Below, piece after piece: positions 59,486-64,000 of a DNA stretch of 64,000 bases. Position numbers and translations under genes: made by a program. Position 1 is the first letter of the stretch; every line of letters starts with the position of its first letter. The stretch lies in the IMG/VR virus record IMGVR_UViG_3300047994_000025, positions 3,360 through 67,359 of that record. The stretch is one strand, 5' to 3'. A model generated the notes under the pieces. That model saw only the letters and a list, made by a program, of their open reading frames with translations. It searched no databases and was not told the DNA's origin. Source of the stretch: a virus.

Positions 59486-59827
59486 TCACCGTGGGGATTG
59501 AATACCCCGTGCGGCTTCGTCCTGTCGCTTGTCGTACCATTGGGCGCACCAGATGATACGGGCGTTCGCCTGTTCCCATACGACCTGATGTCGGTATTCG
59601 GTCCACCGCCACTTTTCGCCGAGCTTCGGGATTACCTTCGGGATTTCTTCGCGGCAGTACGCGGGCCAATCGGGAAGGTTCACCGGCGTTTCGATGACGG
59701 CACGTTGCGCGGCGGACGTCGCGACGGTCTTAACGTCCGTTGTTGTGCAGCCAATCAAGATCGGACTGGCTAACAGTAGCGCCGTCATCGCTGGAATCAG
59801 CTGCGACCGTTTGATCATATCGTTCAT
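59486..59827 (-). CDS. Outer-membrane spanin (Rz1-like lipoprotein)
   Basis: Lipobox LLLASPILIGC; overlaps the i-spanin in another frame; Pro-rich. Confidence 0.7.
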   Translation of the reverse strand: MNDMIKRSQLIPAMTALLLASPILIGCTTTDVKTVATSAAQRAVIETPVNLPDWPAYCREEIPKVIPKLGEKWRWTEYRHQVVWEQANARIIWCAQWYDKRQDEAARGIQSPR

Positions 59828-60152
59828 TGCTTTCAATCCTCTTGAGCTTGTCGACCTGTGCTTGTTCGACGGCTTCTTGTGCGGCCTTGCGGTTCCGTTC
59901 GGCTTCGACACGGAACTTCTCGGCTTTCGCTTCAGCCACGGCGAGCAACCCGGCGTCGACCATGTTCTTCGTGGCGATCTTGACTTGTTCGTCGGCGTAT
60001 GTGTGTTTCCACCCGGCGAACTCCCCGATGATAGGGATACTGGTCATGTAGGGGATGCGTGCAAGGCCGGGAATGCCTTCATAGCAGAACAGCATTACAA
60101 ACGCGCCTAGCGCACCGTACGCGGCGGCTTTAATGCATTCGAACGGGTTCAT
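59730..60152 (-). CDS. Inner-membrane spanin (Rz-like)
   Basis: N-terminal TM then Ala/Glu coiled coil; downstream of endolysin. Confidence 0.7.
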   Translation of the reverse strand: MNPFECIKAAAYGALGAFVMLFCYEGIPGLARIPYMTSIPIIGEFAGWKHTYADEQVKIATKNMVDAGLLAVAEAKAEKFRVEAERNRKAAQEAVEQAQVDKLKRIESNERYDQTVAADSSDDGATVSQSDLDWLHNNGR

Positions 60153-60300
60153 CGCAATACCTCACATGATCGTTGACGATCGCCAGCGCGTCTTTCTTCA
60201 GGATGTCGCTAAGTTCAGGATACGGCTTGCACCCGCGCCCGGTGTTCGCACATGCCGAGACGATGAACGCGACCATGAAAATCACAAGCCGGTTACGCAT
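60130..60300 (-). CDS. Extra small lipoprotein (56 aa) in the lysis cassette
   Basis: Hand-translated MRNRLVIFMVAFIVSAC|ANTGRGCKP... Confidence 0.55.
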   Translation of the reverse strand: MRNRLVIFMVAFIVSACANTGRGCKPYPELSDILKKDALAIVNDHVRYCDEPVRMH

Positions 60301-60866
60301 AGTTCAGCTTCTCCGATTCGAGTCTTGTCGCCCATTTCGCGACGGTTGACCAATCCGATATAGACCTGACCGCCCGCCTTGTTGAATGCCGTCGCGGCGA
60401 TGCAACTTTGCTGATACTTGCCTTCGCGACCGAGACGCGCGGCGGTCGAATTGCAGGTCGCGCCCGTGCCGATGTTCCACGCAAGCGAATCCATCATCGC
60501 ACGCCACGACAGCGGCTTCTTGTCGAAGTACGGAATGCACTTGACCAGCGCCGGACGATATACGGTTTCCATCTTGACCGTTACACGGCGATTACAGCCT
60601 TCGTCGGTTTCCACCATTCCCGGCTTGACGTCGGTCGTGTCACCGTCACAGATCGTCCACACGGGCGGTTTCGCCAGCTTGTCGAGATACGCGACCTTCT
60701 TCCGGCCTTCCCACGGTCCCACCAGTTCCTTGACGGACAAGGCGACGTCGTCGTGCACGGGCGCTTGACCAGTAAAGAGCGTTACGAACCCACCAATCGT
60801 GACGGCGGCGATAGACGCGATACCGACCTTTGCGCGCTTCGAAGGCTTGATTTGATTTACTGGCAT
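60282..60866 (-). CDS. Endolysin (GH24 lysozyme, probable SAR anchor)
   Basis: WEG...AYLD...WTICDGDT triad, AWNIG, GLVNRR; weakly hydrophobic N-terminus. Confidence 0.9.
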   Translation of the reverse strand: MPVNQIKPSKRAKVGIASIAAVTIGGFVTLFTGQAPVHDDVALSVKELVGPWEGRKKVAYLDKLAKPPVWTICDGDTTDVKPGMVETDEGCNRRVTVKMETVYRPALVKCIPYFDKKPLSWRAMMDSLAWNIGTGATCNSTAARLGREGKYQQSCIAATAFNKAGGQVYIGLVNRREMGDKTRIGEAELCVTGL

Positions 60867-61089
60867 TGTTGCGTACTTCCCTTTGAGCGATTAGACGTGC
60901 GATAGTCGCGGCGATCGATGTGATTGTCGCCAGACCGGCGAACGATCCGGGCGGTATCCACGAAGGCAGCGTTCCGGGGTCAACGAGCGTGAAATAGACT
61001 TCCACACCGCCGAGCAACACCGCGACAATGTTCAGCCGGAACGACCAAGCCTTTCTCGCGATGCGTTTCCAGTCGTCGGCAAGTCTCAT
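60646..61089 (-). CDS. Holin
   Basis: MRLADDWKRIARKAWSFRL...two TM helices...ARLIAQ; upstream of endolysin. Confidence 0.75.
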   Translation of the reverse strand: MRLADDWKRIARKAWSFRLNIVAVLLGGVEVYFTLVDPGTLPSWIPPGSFAGLATITSIAATIARLIAQREVRNNASKSNQAFEARKGRYRVYRRRHDWWVRNALYWSSARARRRRLVRQGTGGTVGRPEEGRVSRQAGETARVDDL

Positions 61090-61418
61090 TTGATCGCCGC
61101 GCCGTCTCGCCACAACTGATCAATATCAGTCGAAGTCATGTTTTGCATAGCTCCGAAGAATTCCACAAACCAATTTGACCGTTCGAAGTCGCGCGCACCG
61201 GCGAACGCCATGCGTGCTTGCCAAGCGATATCTTCGTCGGGAATCAGGTTGATCAGGTTGTCGATCGCAGCCGGGAGCGCGCCGAACGTGACGGCGTCAA
61301 GGGCTTCTTGTTTGGTGATCAGGTCTCGATTTGCCAGCACTTGGAAGAACTGACGGGAACTGATCGACGGGGGAACGAAATCGAATGTGACGATGTTCCC
61401 CCACGTGGTAGCGGCCAT
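61086..61418 (-). CDS. Tail-fibre-associated small protein
   Basis: VPPSISSRQF...FER...IDQLWRDG; follows the fibre gene. Confidence 0.6.
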   Translation of the reverse strand: MAATTWGNIVTFDFVPPSISSRQFFQVLANRDLITKQEALDAVTFGALPAAIDNLINLIPDEDIAWQARMAFAGARDFERSNWFVEFFGAMQNMTSTDIDQLWRDGAAIK

Positions 61419-61431
61419 GTGTAGTTGCTCC

Positions 61432-64000
61432 TTACGACTGTTGCAGGACGACGCCCGACGCAATGATGTTCTTCCCGGTCAGCGTCTTGAACCGCCAAGC
61501 CATCAATGTGCCGCTCGGCTGACCCGTGAGACTGACCGTCCCTTCGTACATTTTCACACCGCCGAAGAGCGGCATTGTCAGTGCGAGCGTGACCGCCGAC
61601 CACGTGTTGCCGCCGTCGCGCGATACTTCCATCGTGAAGTCGGTGTTTGGTGTCAGTGCGAGCGTGTCGGCAAGCTGAACGGCGACACGACCAGTCGACG
61701 GCACGGCTGATGCGGTGTAGTTCACCGACAACAGCGTCATGTTGTTGTAACTCGTTGGCTGGAAAAAGACTATCTGACCAAAGAATAGGTTTGTACCCGC
61801 CGCGCCGCTTGTCTGCATCCTAACCCATCTATGATCAAATACCGTCGTTGTATCTGAGCTTGTTATCGTTCTAGGGCTACTCTCGTTTGTAACTTCCGCG
61901 AATGTTATTGACCCAAGTACAACACCATCTGTTTCGTTTGCCGGTGCTGTTCCAACCTTACCGTATAAAGTAAGAGTGATGTTCTGAATCCCCGACGCCG
62001 CGTCGTAACCGGCATTGTTTGAACCGTACGTCTGCACACTCCCTATTGTACTTGAGTGAGTTTTCCCAAGCCATCCGGTAGCAACAGAAACAGCCGCCGC
62101 CGCAACTGACGTATCTTTGTTAGTCGTGCCGTTGAATGCAGATGCCAAACCACCGTTCGATGTGAAGTTCCCGAAGTTTGTACCAAGCGCTCCGGATATT
62201 GCCGCCCCGCCGCTTAGGCTTGGCGAAAACCAATCGTTCGTCGCGTCATAAACGAAGTTCGAAGAACCCAAAGTGTCGGCGAAGAATGCCACGTTGTAAG
62301 GCGTGAAATTCGCCGTGTAGCGAGCGACGTTAGAGATTCGAACTTCGTCTATGTTACCGGTGAAGAAATCAGCCGCGCTATAAGAGCAACCGATTCTCAC
62401 ACCAGCGGCGGGCGAAGCGTAATTTGACGAGTCCGCATAAGCAACACCTTCCTGCACACCGTTGATGTACAGTCGAGTCGTTCCTGATGCCCTTACAAGC
62501 GCCAAGTGATACCACGTATTAGCCGCAAGTACCGTCGTGCTTGTGATCCGGTTTGCGCTCGCCGTATAGTATCCAACCGTTGCCCCATTCAGGATATAAA
62601 GAACCGGGTTTGCCGTCTGCGATGACGAACGAAAGTCGATCAGGTTCCCGTAAGGGGTCGTGCTTGGTCTAAACCACCCTTCAACGGTGAAGTCTCCCGT
62701 CCCAAGAGCGAAAGCACTGGAAACAGCCGTTGTCAGATAGTCGCCCGCTCCGTCAAGGATTAGCGATGATCCGCCGAACTTCGATTGCGCCGTGCTTGTT
62801 TTTGCGTCACCGGTTGCCGTCACAGACACAGGGGACGGTGACGAATCGGGGAAAGACGTCGATCCGTTAGCGCCATCCATGTGCAACAAAAGAGTAGCGT
62901 TCGCGTCATTACCGCCGACCACGTTGTAAGGCATAGTCGGCGGGGTGAACGCCGCTGTCCAACGGGCGACACCCTTGGTGATGCGGAATTCGTCAATGTA
63001 GCCGGCTATGCTATTGCCTGCCGTCTTGGCGTACTGATTGCCGACTATCAGGCTTGTTGCGACGTAATTGGTTGCGTCCGTGTAGCTGTTTCCATCCTGA
63101 ACACCATTTAGGTAAATGCGAGTAACACCGGCGCTGCGAACCAGAGCCACGTGATACCAAGTATTCGTTACAAGCGTAGTCGCACCAGTAACGACGTTCG
63201 CTCCACCAAGGAACAATGTCACCTTGCCGCTGGCGATGTAAAGGCAAACGGAGTTGGCCGTATCTGCTGTACGCATATCAACGAAGAAATGCGACGTGGT
63301 GATTGCATCAAGATTGAAATTGAAATCAATCGTGTAATCGCCAGTTCCAAACGACAAATCCGCGAAACTGGTAGACTGAATGTATCCGCCCGCTCCGTTC
63401 GCGCCGACGTACAGTGACGCGCCTCCAAACTTGCTCTTTGTGGTGCTGATCTGCGCGACGTTAGTTGTCCACGCACGACCACTAAACGCGGAGTCCGTAA
63501 TTGTGGTTGAACCGTTCGTACCGTCAAGGTGAAGAGCAACATTCGTATATTGATCAATACCGCCGATAACCTGTGTAACGACGCCGGTCTGATCATCGAA
63601 CGAGTCAGCCACACCGCCGACCATACCCATACGTTGACCGAGAAGGTCGGCGATCTGAATTGCGAACAGTGCGTCGTTCTTGCCGCCGCTGTTGCCGATC
63701 GCATTGATAGCCGCCTGAACGGTCGTCGGGTTGCCGGGAAGGTTTGCCGTCGTGTTGTCAAACGTCGTGTTAGCGGCAGTCATGCCGATCAGGGTTCGCG
63801 CCTGTGCGGACGTCAGTTGCTTGATAAGCTTGCCGGTGACGCCGTCGAACGCCGCGAAGTTGCCGTCAGTCGCGCCAGCCGGACCGACCACGTCACCCGT
63901 ACCGGTGCCGTCTTGTCCCTTCTGTGCGAGCAATTGCCACCAAGCGTTCGATGTCGTCGGGAGCGTCGGCGGTGCATTGCCGGTCGTGTCAGCGATGGCG
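61432..64000 (-). CDS. Tail fibre / receptor-binding protein with two LamG (ConA-like) domains, 5'-truncated by window end
   Basis: LH(L/M)DG.NGST...SKFGG.S...GTGD(Y/F)T...WYH.ALVR...IDE.RI twice; frame open to 64000. Confidence 0.88.
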   Translation of the reverse strand, partial: AIADTTGNAPPTLPTTSNAWWQLLAQKGQDGTGTGDVVGPAGATDGNFAAFDGVTGKLIKQLTSAQARTLIGMTAANTTFDNTTANLPGNPTTVQAAINAIGNSGGKNDALFAIQIADLLGQRMGMVGGVADSFDDQTGVVTQVIGGIDQYTNVALHLDGTNGSTTITDSAFSGRAWTTNVAQISTTKSKFGGASLYVGANGAGGYIQSTSFADLSFGTGDYTIDFNFNLDAITTSHFFVDMRTADTANSVCLYIASGKVTLFLGGANVVTGATTLVTNTWYHVALVRSAGVTRIYLNGVQDGNSYTDATNYVATSLIVGNQYAKTAGNSIAGYIDEFRITKGVARWTAAFTPPTMPYNVVGGNDANATLLLHMDGANGSTSFPDSSPSPVSVTATGDAKTSTAQSKFGGSSLILDGAGDYLTTAVSSAFALGTGDFTVEGWFRPSTTPYGNLIDFRSSSQTANPVLYILNGATVGYYTASANRITSTTVLAANTWYHLALVRASGTTRLYINGVQEGVAYADSSNYASPAAGVRIGCSYSAADFFTGNIDEVRISNVARYTANFTPYNVAFFADTLGSSNFVYDATNDWFSPSLSGGAAISGALGTNFGNFTSNGGLASAFNGTTNKDTSVAAAAVSVATGWLGKTHSSTIGSVQTYGSNNAGYDAASGIQNITLTLYGKVGTAPANETDGVVLGSITFAEVTNESSPRTITSSDTTTVFDHRWVRMQTSGAAGTNLFFGQIVFFQPTSYNNMTLLSVNYTASAVPSTGRVAVQLADTLALTPNTDFTMEVSRDGGNTWSAVTLALTMPLFGGVKMYEGTVSLTGQPSGTLMAWRFKTLTGKNIIASGVVLQQS

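Noticed and set aside
61432-64000. Duplicated LamG segments as a diversity-generating retroelement TR/VR pair
   Set aside because: The repeats are diverged in-frame protein domains and no reverse transcriptase is present in the window

Overview
The window is almost the whole genome of a long-tailed (siphovirus-type) dsDNA phage. Host is probably an alphaproteobacterium (Rhizobiaceae-like), inferred from a GapR/DUF2312 gene and AANDN motifs. It is circularly permuted: it opens inside the tail-tip gene and ends inside the tail-fibre gene. The minus strand carries the tail, head, portal, TerL/TerS, lysis and fibre genes, broken up by plus-strand islands of small ORFs, each with its own sigma70-like promoter and an AACGGAGA RBS. 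Replication and nucleotide genes include a primase-helicase, SF2 helicase, VRR-NUC nuclease, Cas4-like nuclease, SSB, family-B polymerase, EndoVII, dCMP deaminase, MazG-like enzyme, dNMP kinase and tRNA-Gln. I saw no integrase or repressor. Top finding: two transposase-less insertions (41175-41644 and 43836-45469) with unrelated cargo share one end architecture. Each has a CG-N9-GT box twice, 45 bp apart, at one end and once inverted at the other, an element-specific 9-nt core, flanking target duplications (7 and 30 bp), and an outward-facing RBS+ATG. In one element that ATG restarts the interrupted methyltransferase in frame. Other candidates: a ~270-nt structured ncRNA containing an RBS-AUG-UAG, an acyl-carrier-protein mimic lacking the catalytic Ser, and recurrent terminal peptide motifs (GDLF, LPGV). 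All family calls come from motif recognition by eye; no searches were run.
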